A program made the position numbers and the translations under genes. Below are positions 25,501 through 39,120 of a DNA stretch of 64,000 bases, one piece after another; positions within the stretch are counted from its first letter, which is position 1, and the number at the start of each line of letters is the position of its first letter. The notes under the pieces are model-generated. The model had not been told where the DNA came from. It saw only the letters and a list, made by a program, of their open reading frames with translations, and did no database searches. This stretch comes from Podarcis pityusensis. Lineage: Eukaryota. The stretch is taken from NCBI GenBank assembly GCA_964106645.2, contig OZ067044.1; one strand, given 5' to 3'.

Positions 25501-28500
25501 TTAATGAGTTCACACAGGAGATAACTATTGCTATGAGGCCAAAGCCTCACCAGAAGGTAGTCTGGCCATGACAACTGTACACCAGCAGTATCCCCCATCT
25601 ATTTCTTTGGCTCAACACCAGGAATAGTGCTGGTTTTTTTGCTGAGAATAATGCAATGTCTACGTTTTGAACACCAAATATGCTGTTGGCTGAAATGATA
25701 TTTACAGTTATTCCCAAAGGACCATTTATCAAGAAAATAATCCGTATTGTTCTAAAAAAGAGAAAACTTAAATGAGATAGTTTCTAATTAAAAACCAGGA
25801 AATAAAACTTGCCATCTTAAGTTTGTTTAGAAGATAGTAGAAAAGTCTGAACTAAAACAGACTGCCAGCTACCAGAGTAATTGCTTGTCTTTATTAGGGT
25901 GTAATCCTATGCCCAGTTACCCGGGAGAAAGCCCTGTTGACCTCAATGGGACTTACTGCCACACATTTTTACTCTGCCTTTCAGCCAGCCAAGTACTTAG
26001 GGAGGCTTAAATGAAACTAATAGAAATAGTGCAATCAATAAAAGTAGAGGATCTAATAAACAAGTGGGAAAGCAGAATAAAAATATAAGGCTGCTTTGTA
26101 TGAGTGTGTATACTGCCTTGTACTCTTCAGAATCATCCTACATTCAAAAAGGGTGGAACAGCAAATCAGTTACTGTGCCAAAAATTGCAGGATATGACAA
26201 AGAAGCTTGGCACATAGGCAGCACCCTTGACTATGTTTCCAGCATAGGCAAATGTCCCTCCGTTGGGGTGCTCAGACAAAAAAAGCCGTGTCTCCTCACA
26301 CAGTGGGGGCAACCCAGAAAAGGAAGAAGCTGTCAGGCTAGTTAGCAGACAGAATTAGAACAAACTAGAAAATATTATATGCTAGGTTATGCAGTTATGC
26401 TATAATGTAAAGTACAACCCTGCCTTCCTCTGTCACTGTGTTATTTTCACATACTTGGTGTGAAAGACAGAGGGGGGCGAGAACAGGAATGCAAAGTACT
26501 GGTATGAATTAATCCGCACTTCGGCTTAAATAAAACCAAGAAATGCTTCCTGATTTGGCAGAGCTCTAGCCATTACAGCTCAGCATCTTCCGAAGGCTAG
26601 GAGGCCCTCCTGTATCTAGCACACTGGCAGTTTCTATGGCAACCTGCTGTGTATGCGTGCTACATCAATTGCATCACAAACACTTCTTCCATTAAACCAC
26701 TGTATGTCTGTGCTGCATTTAACTGGCATTTTCTATGGAATGTGTTAGTTCCGCTGGATTTTCTTTTGCGAGAGAAGAGGAGAGGCCATGGCGGAGGATG
26801 TGCTGTCGTGCTGAAGGTCCCTGGTGCAATGTTTTCATTAAAAGGATGTTGGCCAGAAGGGCAGAAAAGCTTTGCCTGAGAACCTTGGGGAGCTACTGCC
26901 AGTTAGGGTGAGCTCAGTGGACCAATGGCCTCCTCACCCAGGGCAAGGCAGGGATCGGAAAAGGAAGCGAGGCTTTCTAGCCAAGGTCCTTCATTGTCTA
27001 TGTTTGCATGTATAAGGAGGGGAAGTGGGGGGGGGGGACACCTTTCAGAACAGAAAGGCAATGGAGTGGCAGTGGATGGTAGGGAGGGAGGGAAGAGAGC
27101 AATTTCAAACACTGAGCAGATCTTGCACTGCAAGTACCTCTGGAGATGCCACCTACAAACTCCTGGGCTACTGACTGTGAAGAAAAGACTCTGACCCCAA
27201 TGAGCTTGCATATGGACACACGGCACAGCTACATCAGCCAGTTGAAAAATGGGCAATTCTAGTGCAAGGTTGGCCATTAAAGGCAAGTAAGACAAGGTGG
27301 CAGCCCTGCTCCTGGAGTACTTCATTGGTAACTCCAGAGAATTCTGGTATGGCACAAATGATTTAAAGCACCTGCCTGCTAATTATGTCTCTCAGTATCC
27401 ACTGTGTTTCTCTTGCCCCGGGGAAAAAAATCTCTGAACTGCACTGTGAGCCACAGACACCATTTGCAATCAGATTTCAAGAAATATCATGTTAGACTGA
27501 TTTATTAAAATACAGTTGTGTGAAGGGGGGAAATGTGTGTATGTGTGGGGGCGGGGAGGAATGGACTGCTACTTTAAAAACACCAATACTGTTTCTGTAC
27601 CTTCAAAAATAGTATTGGGTGGAGCTTTCCCCATAATTTTCTCTTCCTGCCAAGATAAGCTCCACCTGCTATTAAAGGTGGAGAAGCAGTGCCGGTGAGA
27701 AAGGTGGCAACCCTACAGGTTGTAAGGATACAATTGGTCACCTTTGCCCAGGGACACTAATGGACAGCTGCTGCTAAGCTTCTAGTAAAATCCCTCATTA
27801 GCACTGTCCCAATGATAAGAAGCTGATTTAAATATAGACAGTAGATTGCAGGCGATTATAGACAATTAGGATCGCCACATTTTCCCCCCTAGCAGTGCTC
27901 CTCTGCCTCATCACAGTTATTGGAGGCTTTCATTATCACTCCATGCAAGGGGGGAAAAACTTCACTTGCAGAATTTCTGCTTTCATATACTTAAAAGGTG
28001 ATTCGCTATAAAAAATACGGACAATCGCACAGATTACTACACAGTTATCAAATCTGCAGGAGTTCACTTATTTGGGAGAACAGGACTGCAGACAATTGTG
28101 TAAGAAAGCTAAAAATTGCAGATTTATTTCCATTTAAAGGGAGCATAAGACTAGAGAAAGAGGTCTTAGGTCCTAGTTACTACTTAAGCAAATGCTTAGA
28201 AAATGCAGTGGAACTAGTCGAGGACTCGAGGACAAGGGCCGGTGCCATGGATCAGCATTACTAGGCACCCACAGAGACCGAAGCCCCAACAGAAGAGGGT
28301 CCACCGCTAAATCCTATTCATTGGCTTAAAACATTTCTATACTGCTCTTCAGTTAAGAGTTTCCAAGGAAGTATTACAACAGCTTGCAGACTGCAAAACA
28401 CAAATCACCAATAAAATGGTTGAGAGAGCACAACAAACAATCCAAGCGGATATATAAAAATGCACCAGAAGTTAAAAACCTGGGGGAATAAAAAGGTATT

Positions 28501-28674
28501 TGTCTGGTGCCTAGAAGATATTAACGTAGGCACTAGGCAAGCCTCCCTAGGAGAGAGCCCCACCAGGGGTGCTACAAGTGAGAAGGCCCTGTCTGGCTGT
28601 TGCTATCCGGTCCTCTGCCACTCTAGGAAACACACAAGCACACACAACCCCAGGAAGCATCCAGTGATGTGAAG

Positions 28675-28750
28675 GAATCATAGAATCGTAGACTTGTAGA
28701 GTTGGAAGAGACCCTGAGGGTCATCTAGTCCAACCCGCTGCAATGCAGGA
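28675..28750 (-). mobile_element. CR1 LINE 3' end
   Basis: GAATCATAGAATCGTAG...GAGTTGGAAGAGACC...GGTCATCTAGTCCAACC. Confidence 0.7.
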
Positions 28751-29387
28751 TTATGCAGCTGCCCCTATGAAGGCTGAAATGGCAACCCTGGCATTATCAG
28801 CACCATGATCTAACCACCACCACAAATCAACAGGAGCTGAACCACATCTGCCACTGCAGGCGTGTGAGCAGGGGCAAGAATGAGGAGGAGGAGAAGTCAC
28901 AGAAACAGCAGCCACCCCCACCTCTCTCTTTCAGCAGTAGTGTGGGGCTGGACCCAAAGGAGGAGAGCAAGCAAATGGGCAGCACAGATGCCACCAAAGA
29001 GGATGTGGGCCCATCTTGTCCAATCTCCACTGCCTCTCCCAACCAAAAAGTCAACAGACAAACCCCTGAGTATCATGAGCCTCCCCCTCCCCATTTTTAT
29101 CTACAAGCTTTGCTGAACTGGAGGCAGAAACAGTAGACCAAGACGAAATGAAATTAAACCACTGAGAATATACATTGATCGTGCCAAACACTGATCTAAA
29201 ATTTGGAACTGGCCATACGTGCAACTGCTCAGGGGGAAAAGTCCTCCTGTGCCATTAACAGGGCTCTGACTGGAAGAAATCAGAAGTGAAGCTTTTCATG
29301 CCATGGAGCAAATCACCTGTTCACTGCTGTAGCTCAAACGGTTAAGGAAGAGCTAAAGGGACTGGCTGAAAAGTTGGCAGCTCTGCT

Positions 29388-29411
29388 GCAGCAGCAGCAG
29401 CAGCAGCAGCA
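29388..29411. repeat. (GCA)8 microsatellite
   Basis: Read directly. Confidence 0.9.
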
Positions 29412-31048
29412 AGTCTGGACAACCAGGAAGCTCAAACTGAGCTTTTCCTTGAGGGCTGAAGAATGCTGCCTTCTATGATGATGTTGCTTCTAATCTAGGA
29501 ACAAAAAGCCCTTTATCAAACACTCAGTGACCTATTTTACTACAGTACAGTATATTTACTGCATTCTGGATTGGAGTTGCCAACATTTTCTGGCAGATTT
29601 TCTGAGCCTTTAACAGGTGTGTAAGAAGATTTCTGCAAGTGAAGCCTTTCCCTCTCATTAGGCATCTGTGCAATTGGGAAAAGTTTCAACTACTGGCACT
29701 TTCCCCAATTATGCAGATGTGGTGATGAGAGCAAAAGGTTTCGCATAATGTATTCCTGCTTGTACAGCTGCAGTTCAGTTTGCAGAAGCCTGCTGGGACA
29801 AGCATCTCAGATCTATTCAGATGCAGGCATTACGTGCCTCCTTTTTTACCCTAAGCTACCTCTTTAATATATTCCATCTTTTTAAGGATATTATTATTAT
29901 TATTACTAAAAACAGCCAGGTGATTTATCCAATTTGCAGTATTTTTATGAGTTGGGTGGGCAGGGGACGCAACACAACTCTGGTGGACACCAGCTTTCTT
30001 GTGTCAATTCCCTAAGCAAAATAAGAATATATCAGAATGTATATCCAGTAGATCTACTTTGTTTGTTCTCCTGCTCTGGAAGTTCTAAAAAAACTCTGCT
30101 CAGGGACAGGTGTGTCTCCATTGTTGGTTTCGCAATCAAAGGACTGTCAAGTTCAATTGGCCAATAGATGCTTAAACATCTGCTACTAAATGCAGAGTTT
30201 TCTGAATGACAAAAGTAGGCATATTGCCATAATTATTATTTTTAATGGCCCAAGTTACTTCTTCCAATGTAATTGGGTACAAGGTGCGTTCTGATAACTA
30301 GGGTGACCACAACTGGTAAAGCTCACCCCACCATGAATATTTATGCCAGATATTTCTCTGTGTCAGGCTGATGTTAAAGGTACAAAGAGTAGGGGCAGAG
30401 ATAAGAAACATCTGTACCAGTGCTCCGCCTGCATTGTTTTGATGTAATCCTTACAACACGTCTGTAAGTGTTAGCCTCCAGATTGCAGTGGCAGGTGGGT
30501 GGGAAGGCAGAGGATGAGAGCGAAGATGGCTTGCCTGGGGCTACCTTATTATGACTTCATGGCAGAGGTGACATTTGAACCAGGGCCTTCCTGAGTCAGC
30601 ACTCTATCTCTTTGCCATGGCTCTACATCAGCTTTCTTTTAAAAACTTCTGATTACCCTAGTAAAAGACACCCTTTTTTAAAAGTGCGCAACCCTGCTAT
30701 TGGCAACTTGAAAAACAAGTGCCTGGTTCTAGAGTTAAGACATTTGTGGCTCAGGGTCCATCTGCCCTTCCCTTTGTTTCATGATTTCAAGTGTCAGAGA
30801 GGGGATTTTTTGGTCCTGCTGTTTTCCCCAGGAAAACCCGTTGCTTACTGCTTAATCAGAACAAACATCAATCTGCAGAAAACCCAAACATTTAATTGGG
30901 GGGGGGGGGGCAAAGTGCCTCAGCCCTCAGGAGCCGGCACCTATGGATGGAGGTGTCCAGGGGCACTCCAAAAAGAATGGGATGAGAGCAGTGCAACTTT
31001 GCTCCCACTTCTCAGTGTTTCTGCAGCTTTCAATACCATTGACTATGG

Positions 31049-31350
31049 CAGAGGTTTTCAACCTTTTGGAGTCCACAACTCCCTTAACCAACCACATTCT
31101 TTCTGCAGCACCCCTGTGAGGCTCAGGAGCCCAGTTGTGTCACTCCTTGCCCAGTTGTGTCACTCCCCTCCCCTCTCCTTGGAGTCCTCTGGGCAGCCAC
31201 TGCTGCCACCCTTGGTCCCCCTGCCCCAAAGAGAGGTGTCTCCCGGAGGCACCATTCACCTGCAGGGCTTATAGCCCGGGCTGCTGCAACAAACAGCTGT
31301 GCAAATCTTTGGGAGGCTGAGACTTGAGAAGGCATCAAAGGAGGGAGGGA

Positions 31351-31398
<48 letters not shown>

Positions 31399-31459
31399 GG
31401 CCAGTGTTGCCCACAGCACCCCTGGGGTGCCACGGCACACTGGACTATGAATACCTCTG
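31049..31459. mobile_element. hAT-Charlie-type MITE
   Basis: Exact 8-bp TSD GACTATGG (31041-48, 31460-67); TIRs CAGAGGT(T/A)TTCA; contains (GAAA)n. Confidence 0.9.
31349..31397. repeat. (GAAA)n microsatellite
   Basis: About 12 units inside the hAT MITE. Confidence 0.9.
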
Positions 31460-32735
31460 GACTATGGAATCCTCCTGGACTGGCTCTGTGAAGTGGGAAT
31501 CTGGGGGCACTGTACTACAGTTGCCCTGGTCCCACCTATGGGACCAAGTCCAGAAAGGAACACTGGAAAAGTGCTTTTTGGCTCCCTGGCAGTTATGCCA
31601 CAGGCCACTGTTTTATCCCCAATGCTATGAAACCACTGGGAGTAGTCATTAGGAGTTTGGGGGCAGGATGCCATTTGTATGCTGATGATGCTCAGGTCTA
31701 TTTTTTGAAAACATCTGAATCAGGGGAGGTCATGCAGGCCTGAATACAATGGTGGACTTTATGAGGGAAAATAAACTGAGCTTGAATCCTGGCAAGACAG
31801 AGGCACTGTGGGTATAGAAATTTAATAAATAATAATATTTTTTGTAAACCGCTTAGAAGTTTTGTTTATAAACAAGCAGTATATAAATTTTGCTAAATCG
31901 ATCAATTACAGTCACCTGAGTCACACACTCACATGCAACTTTCAATAAGGGGATAATAGCTTCTATTTACAAAGCTACTATATTGTCACCACTCTTTCCT
32001 TTGGAACTTTTGTTCATCTGTTACAACACCCCAAGGCTATTCATATTCTATATATTCAATTTATTTTGGACAATATTGAACTTGACATCCTTGATTAAAA
32101 AGAGGACAGTTTTCAGAACTATAAGTGTGTCGGGTCCATAGAGGGAAGCAAAACCTACAAAAGGAGTCCTGTGGCACCTTTAAAAGATATTGTGTATGTT
32201 AATGGCAGAATCTTTTGCAGGCCAGAGCCCAACTTTATCACATGGCAACAATGTCAAGGAGTTTTCAAGGTGTTGCTTCATTCTAGCATGGTTCTCTGTG
32301 GTTTGGGGTGCTGCTGGCTTTCTCCACAGCTATCTCAGATATTCATTATCTGAGGGAGGCAGAAAGTGCTATCAGACCATGTTTTCATCATCCAGCATCC
32401 TCCTCCAATCTACATGACTCTGTATTCCAGGTTTTGGCTAGCCCCTTTAACTGCAATTTGTTCTGCAGCAAATTAATGGTGAAACACCTTGCTCCATACT
32501 ACCACTTGATGACTTTTGCAGAGGCACAGGGGTGAGAGCTTCCTTTTTTGGCCAACTGGCAACCCTATTTTAATAATAACCAATTCAGCTCAGTTGGATT
32601 TGCTTAATAGCTTGACAAGAGATTGTTGGTAAGTCATTTAATCCTCTCATTTACAACCCAGCTTCTTCTTTTTTGGTAACAATAGGTAGAACCAGACAAC
32701 CAGCATAATAAGAAGCTCAGGAATATGCCTTAACC

Positions 32736-32873
32736 CAGGGATAGGGTATCTGTGACCCTCCAGATGTTGTTGGACTCCAACTCCCATCACTCTCAGCCAG
32801 GGTGGTCAACAGTCAGGGATGATAGGAGCTGTAGTCTGGACACATCTGGAGGACCATGGGTTCCCCATTCCTG
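32736..32873. mobile_element. Short palindromic hAT MITE
   Basis: 8-bp TSD CCTTAACC/CCTTAATC, CAGG...CCTG ends, internal inverted repeat CCTCCAGATGT/ACATCTGGAGG. Confidence 0.8.
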
Positions 32874-33142
32874 CCTTAATCCATAGGTTGGTTCATTCAC
32901 TGCATATGGAAAACTGAAGTGTGAGATAACATAGATTCAAACTCACACAACCCTTTTCAAAAAAAATTTTAGCACGATGTATTATAGAAATGGTGGCAGA
33001 ACAGCTGTAGAGAAAGATCAGGCTGCTGCTGCCTCAGCTACGCATCCATATATCCAGTGCATTTCCACAACAGCACAGAACTAAAATCCATAGTTGGAAC
33101 TTTGGAACAGCTTTGCAGAAGATGAGAAAATAAATAACTCAC

Positions 33143-33201
33143 CCACTGGTTCCTGGTCTCTGGGCCTGAGAGAAACGCCAGTCTGTGTTAGGTTGTGCTT
33201 G
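33143..33201 (-). CDS. PCDHG: Pcdh-gamma constant exon 1 (59 bp; [20 protein letters not shown])
   Basis: Acceptor tttctcttgcag|CAAGCA, donor GTGG|gtgagt. Length and peptide match the known gamma constant exon 1. Not in the ORF track. Confidence 0.96.
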
Positions 33202-34128
33202 CTGCAAGAGAAACACAAAGAGAGGTTTAATGCTTCTATTCCTAAAATGAAGCTCAGCTATAAAATACACACACACATGCACACACAAGCAGAGAACACC
33301 ATTATATGTTCCAAAATACTTCTAAAGAAGCGTGATTGGTTAACATGATAAGAAAGTAATCTAAATAATCTTGTAGAAGATAAGACAGTCAGAAACTATC
33401 CATGAATAAATGAAGCATGAAATAAGCTTGAAGGGGCATCATTTAAACCAGAGAACACCAGAACATCAGGAATATTTTTTTTGGGGGGGGGGGGAGAAGA
33501 ACAGAATTAATTGGTACTGAGAGAATACCAACATCTGAAATGCTAATAGAATTTCCTAATTTATAATCTTTACTGAAACAGGTCAGTGTTAGGGCTTTGA
33601 TTTAATGTCTTCTGTTTCCTTTGATCTTTGGAGCTTTGCAATCTTTTTCGCCCACTGAGATTAAAAATTCCATTTCCCACAACAATAATGATTTCTTTGA
33701 AGGCGCAACAGAAGACACTATATCAGAATAGACTGAGCCATGTATTACTTTCCACCCACATTGTTGTATTATTAGAACAATGGACATTTTGTAAATAAAG
33801 GAGTACATAAAATGCCACTATGAGCAGCATGTCTGAATGGCTCTTTGTGATCACAGCTGAAAGACACAGTGTGGTTGATGCATGCTGCAAAACTCCAGAT
33901 ATCCTGTCAGTCTCCTCCATTAATCCTTCAGTAATAATATTCCACACCATTAGAGAGATTGGCACCTGAACCGTTGTTTATGTGTTTTTTTCCTTAAACA
34001 AAATGGACAAACATGTTTTAAGATCAGGATACAAGGGTGTAATCGACATCTTATTCAAGCAACGTCAAAATTAGAATTGATTCAGGTGAATCTGGACTCC
34101 TAGGATCCTGCAAATAAAAAACTATATG

Positions 34129-34212
34129 CCTGCAATCTAAACCCCACTTGCCTGAGAGTAAGCCCAATTAAATTCAATAGGACTCATTTCTGAGTAGACA
34201 AAGCTAGGGTTG
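34129..34212. repeat. Short palindromic dispersed repeat (further copies ~916-1000, ~9135-9229, ~18283-18370, ~25898-25957, ~35168-35230)
   Basis: Shared core GTAAG(C/T)CC(C/T)ATTGA.TTCAATGGGACTTAC with dyad symmetry; family name not known to me. Confidence 0.6.
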
Positions 34213-36684
34213 AGACAATAGGAGGATTCCAGCTTTACTGATTATTGATCTGTGAACACTAAAGGATTAAAATATACTACTGGTGTCAGTTAAACAAGTT
34301 CGTAAATCTATTTATGTATGTGTATGTGTAAAATTATCATATATAACAGTATATAGCATGTATAAATATACATATATTTCTCTGCAGACTAAATATGCAG
34401 AAACAAGCCACCTCCTTTGAGTTATTCATTGTGAACACTTACTTCCTCAGTTGCTTCTATAATTTGCAGAGCCAGAGGCTACAATAATCAAACCTTAAAT
34501 CCTAAATTTAAACACCTAAATACAGGCAGTTCTTTAAATATATTTTGAGCATCTTCAGCACACACTGAATTAAAAAAACCCACACACACAACCCGTGGTT
34601 TTCTGAAGTTTAGAAAATGGCACCTGTTTATTTAAGTTTCTAAATGTGGATTTAGACATTCCTAAAATGGTTAAGTTCCTGTCCCCAAGTCTCAAAAAGC
34701 TCAAATTTCAGCCATATTTCTTTACGAGGTGGCAAAAGCTGGAATGTGAAATCTGTGTATGATAAGGATTGCAAAACAGAGTGTCATGTGTTGCAAAATA
34801 CTGCATTCTTTCTGCACATAGTATCTTCATAGCGCCAGCAAAATTTAGAAGCAGGAAAGAAGCAAAATTGAAGTAAGAGCAGTTTGTTAAAATTACTGAT
34901 ATGTAAATTTTGTATTGTTGCTTTTTCTTAAATAAGCTGAGCCTGTCCCTTTCACCAAGGGCTCACTGCTTCCTATCCCTTGTGTTAACCCAATGGGAAA
35001 TTTTCATTTTTAAAAATATATTTTTAAAATTTTTAATTTATATTTTAAAATGTATCAATTACTCACATTATAACACATCCAAATAATTCAGCTAAAAATA
35101 TACTGTCTCATTTGCAGTCACTCTTAGCTCCTGCCACTCTTATGGAAAGAGCTGTGCACTTCTGAAATGCCCATTTACTTCAATGGGACTTGCACAGAAG
35201 AACTTCCCAGTGAATGGTCATAAGATGTTTCCCCTAAGGTGCTACTTAAGTGTAACTGTGATGTCACAGAATCATGTATTTATTAGACGTACTTGTTTTA
35301 AATGCTTGCAGGCTGCTTTTGGGGCGAAGATGCAACATGTCAAAATCAAAACATGCTCAAAATGGCAAAGTAACACCAGCAGCTTCACAGTTTTTCCACA
35401 ATATTACCTTAAGATAGTGATAGATCTGGATTTGCCTGACAGTTTTACAGAACTCTGATAATGGTAGCAGTGAGGTGAGTAGGGAGTACTTTTTAAAATG
35501 AATCCAGCAACCCTCACCTTTTGACCCATATCCTCACCATCATCACCATCACAGTCTCTTTTGCTAAAGGATCCATTAAGCACATCTGTGCAAAACGATG
35601 CAGCTAAAGAGGCCTCAACATATACACCCATGTGGTCCCATTTCAGTCTCTTCCTTTGAACCTCTGCTCAGAACTAACTTCTTCCATAAAGCCTTTGGTT
35701 TAAACCTCTGGCTTTCCAGCTGAGATGAGAGTGGAGTCAAAGTCTGTTCAGATCTGGCTTCTTCCCCAAATGTTTGCTGCACATGTAGAGAAGGTCTGGA
35801 ACGGAGCTCGTTTGTAGCTGCATCTGCTCTCATTCATCCTTCGCTACACTTGCCTCCCCCTTTTCTCTGACTACATTTAGGTCGAGAGCTTCTTGTGGCA
35901 GGGACATGGGTTGTGCTTTTCTTTACTCTGTAAAGTGCTGGGCACACGGGTGGCATAATAATAATTCTACTGAGTTTTTAAAAGCCTAACTGACAAGCAA
36001 CAGTAGCAACCCAAACAGGACTTTGGATCCACCTGACCTTATGTCCAGCATAGGGCTACCTAAACGTCCCATCAGCACATGGGTTTCCTCTTGCACAACA
36101 GGACTCCCCTTGCCTCTTGCCTCCCCCCTCCCCCTCCTGCTGTGACCACCTAACTCTATCTGGAGGTTCCTCAACTCTCTGGAGCAGATTTGGGGAGAGT
36201 TTGTTGAACATGTTGAGAGGAAGAATGGGGGGAGGGAAGGGGGCAGACCCCATTTCACAAGCAGAAATCCTTGCACGGATGGGATGCATGTGTTGGATTA
36301 CCACCCTATATATTTGTTTTATTATACCACCCTTTAATCATATTCCCAGGAGTCCCAGTCAAGAGCAACCACTGCACATGCATTCTCCTCTCACCCCAAT
36401 TTACCATAGAACCTCCTGGGGTGGGGGGAGGCAGCTGGAGAGTGCAGCATGGAAAGAAATGAAAGCCCTACATGCACCTTGTAAAAAGCATAACAGCTGC
36501 AAAATGAAGGAACCCCGGGATGTCACCCTCCACAACACACACACACACACACACATGCATACACACCTCATTTACCTCTTTACACCTAGCAGATGGAAGT
36601 CTATGGTAGATAAATATGGTAGATAAATATGGATTTATGGATTGCAAGCAGAAATGTTTTAAGAATCACTTTAGTGTATCTTAC

Positions 36685-39120
36685 CCCATCAGAGGGACTC
36701 TGCAAAACACTGCCTGCCTGCTCAAAGGCAAGCATGCTTTCTGCTGTAGTGGAATGACTGAAAGGTTTAACAAAAAAGAATTCGCCCTGTTCAGACATTG
36801 GAGAGAGACAAGACTTGTAGTGCTGAGCTCCAGCTCCGCCCACTTCAAGGTATCTGATAAAGCCTTCGGGATGTGGGCGCCCAGTGAAATTTATGGTGGA
36901 TTTCCTGTCTGTCCTCTTACTACAGCAGTGTGACATGAACCAGCTGGGGACACAGAGGCCAGATCTGAAGCACCTGGCCCCCACAATAACCAACATTACA
37001 CAAGAGACCAGAGAGATGGCCACAAGAGAGATGATAAGGTAGAGAGTTAGGCTGGGGGCTCTGGAAGGTGATTTGGGGAGAAGGTCCAAGGACTTGGAAA
37101 AGTCCTGCACAGCATTATCCTCTGAGGAAATCACAAGAACCAGTGAGGCTGAGAGAGACGGCACTCCATTGTCTCTTACTTCTATCACCAACCTGTGGGA
37201 CACCCCAGGCTCCCTCAATGCCCGAACAGCCCGGATCTCTCCTGAGTGGCGTTCCACTTTGAACGGGGTGGCTTCATTGGCATCCTGAAGCAAACTATAT
37301 GACAGCCAAGCATTGTGGCCACTGTCAGCATCCACAGCCACCACTTTGGTCACCAGGAATCCAGGTTCCACCGGGAGCAGAACTGGCTGGTGAAAGGCAG
37401 AGCCCTTGGAGACTTGCGGGTGCACAATCACCGGGGCGTTGTCGTTCTGGTCCACAACAAACAAGTGAAGAGTGGCTGTGCTGCTCAGGGGTGGGAAACC
37501 CGAATCCTTCACCTCCACTGCAACTTGAAAGACTTTCTCTTGCTCATAGTCAAGCATCCTGGATGTGTAAATGCTGCCATTCTCTTGGTTGATGTGGAAA
37601 TAGGTCGAAATGGGTAAGCCATGATTTCCATTGTCCACAATGGAGTAAGACAGCTTGGAGTTGACACCTGCATCCGGATCTGAGGCTGACAGAGAAAAAA
37701 CTAGAGTCCCAGGGGAAGTATTTTCCTCCACATGAGCAGTGTATGAAGGGATGGAGAAAGTGGGTGCATTGTCATTAACATCTGAGACTTGAATAAATAT
37801 GTTTTTGTGGGTGGATTTTTGAGGCATTCCAGAATCTGTTGCTTTAATTGTGATATTATATCCAGCAGCCTTCTCTCGGTCCAGGGGCCCATTGGTCACC
37901 AGTGAATAATGTCCCTTAAAGGAAGACACCAGTTTGAACGGGATGTGCCTGGTAATCTCCAAGTGGACTTGCCCATTTTCCTCAGAGTCGTTGTCCTTTG
38001 CTTGGATCAGGGCAATGACTGTTCCTGTGGGTGCATCTTCTTGCACTGGGCTAGAGAGGGAAGTCAGCATAATCTCTGGGCGGTTGTCATTGACATCAAC
38101 AAGTTCCACTCTGATGTTGCAGTGACCCTCCATGGCAGGGGACCCCTTGTCTTTTATGTAGATAGCTATCTCGTAAGCATTCGCTTCTTCGTAGTCCAGC
38201 AGAGCTTTGGTCCTGATCTCCCCTGTCTGGGGATCCAAGCTAAACAAGTCAAGGAGCTTCAGAGGTGCGCTATTGCTGGCTTTGAGGAAATACTCCATCT
38301 CTCCATTAGGACCTTCATCTAAGTCCGTAACATTGAGCTTAGTTACAACAGTCCCCACCTGGACGTTTTCCTCCAAATAAACTTTGGACACTGGCGGGTC
38401 ACACACAGGGGGGTTGTCATTTGCATCCAGGACGTGGACTGTCACCTGGGCAGTCCCAGACTGAACAGGATTCCCACTATCCAGAGCTGTCAGGACTAAG
38501 TGATGGACAGCGGCTTTTTCCCTGTCTAGAAGCTTCTCCAGCACAATTTCGGGCATTTTGACCCCGTCCCCCCTGACGTTAATGCTCAAGGCAAAATGTT
38601 CGCTTGGGCTAAGCTCATAGGTGGCAATGGAGTTGGAGCCCGTGTCCGGGTCTTCGGCGGCTTCCAGGCGCAAGCGGGTGCCCGGGTTGGCCACCTCGGT
38701 GATTTCCAAGGAAACCCTGTCCTTCGGGAACTTGGGGGCGTTGTCGTTCACGTCCAGGATCTCCACCTCCACCCGGTGTAGCTGCAGGGGGTTCTCCAGC
38801 ACCAGCTGGAGAGGGAAGGAGCACGTGGGGCTGGAGCTGCACAGAGCTTCGCGGTCCAGCCTCTCGTGGACCAGCAACATGCCGTCGGCGAGGTTGACAT
38901 GGAAGTAGTGGCGCATCCCGTCGCTGACCAGCTGCAGGCGGCGAGCGGACAAGCTCCGCACGTCCACGCCTAGGTCCTTCGCCACGTTCCCCACGGAAGA
39001 GCCTGGGTCCCGGTCCTCTGGGATGGAGTAGCGAATCTGCGCGGGGATGAGCCCTGGCAGGGACAAGACGGCAGCCACCAGCGCCAGCAGCTGCCACGAC
39101 CAGCTCTGCCCGCCGCCCAT
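36685..39120 (-). CDS. Last additional C-type protocadherin gamma variable exon before the constant region (812 codons)
   Basis: Signal peptide ...IPAQIRYSIPED, six ECs, PAMEGHCNIRVEL in EC3, TM LTLYLIISL, cytoplasmic IRYLEV...YKSCLSP.SE..EF.F. ATG in GGCATGG context at 39120. Donor GGG|GTAAGA after 36685, phase 0. Confidence 0.93.

Larger units (their letters stand above)
30975..31890 (+). mobile_element. Decayed L2-clade LINE RT fragment split by a hAT MITE
   Basis: LLSVSAAFNTIDYG | ILLDWL..GI-GGTVLQ resumes after the insertion; CHLYADDAQVYF at ~31668-31705. Confidence 0.8.

Noticed and set aside
36601-36684. Short read-through tails past each variable-exon donor
   Set aside because: Intronic sequence after canonical donors; unspliced short forms are a known feature of the cluster and these tails show nothing distinctive.
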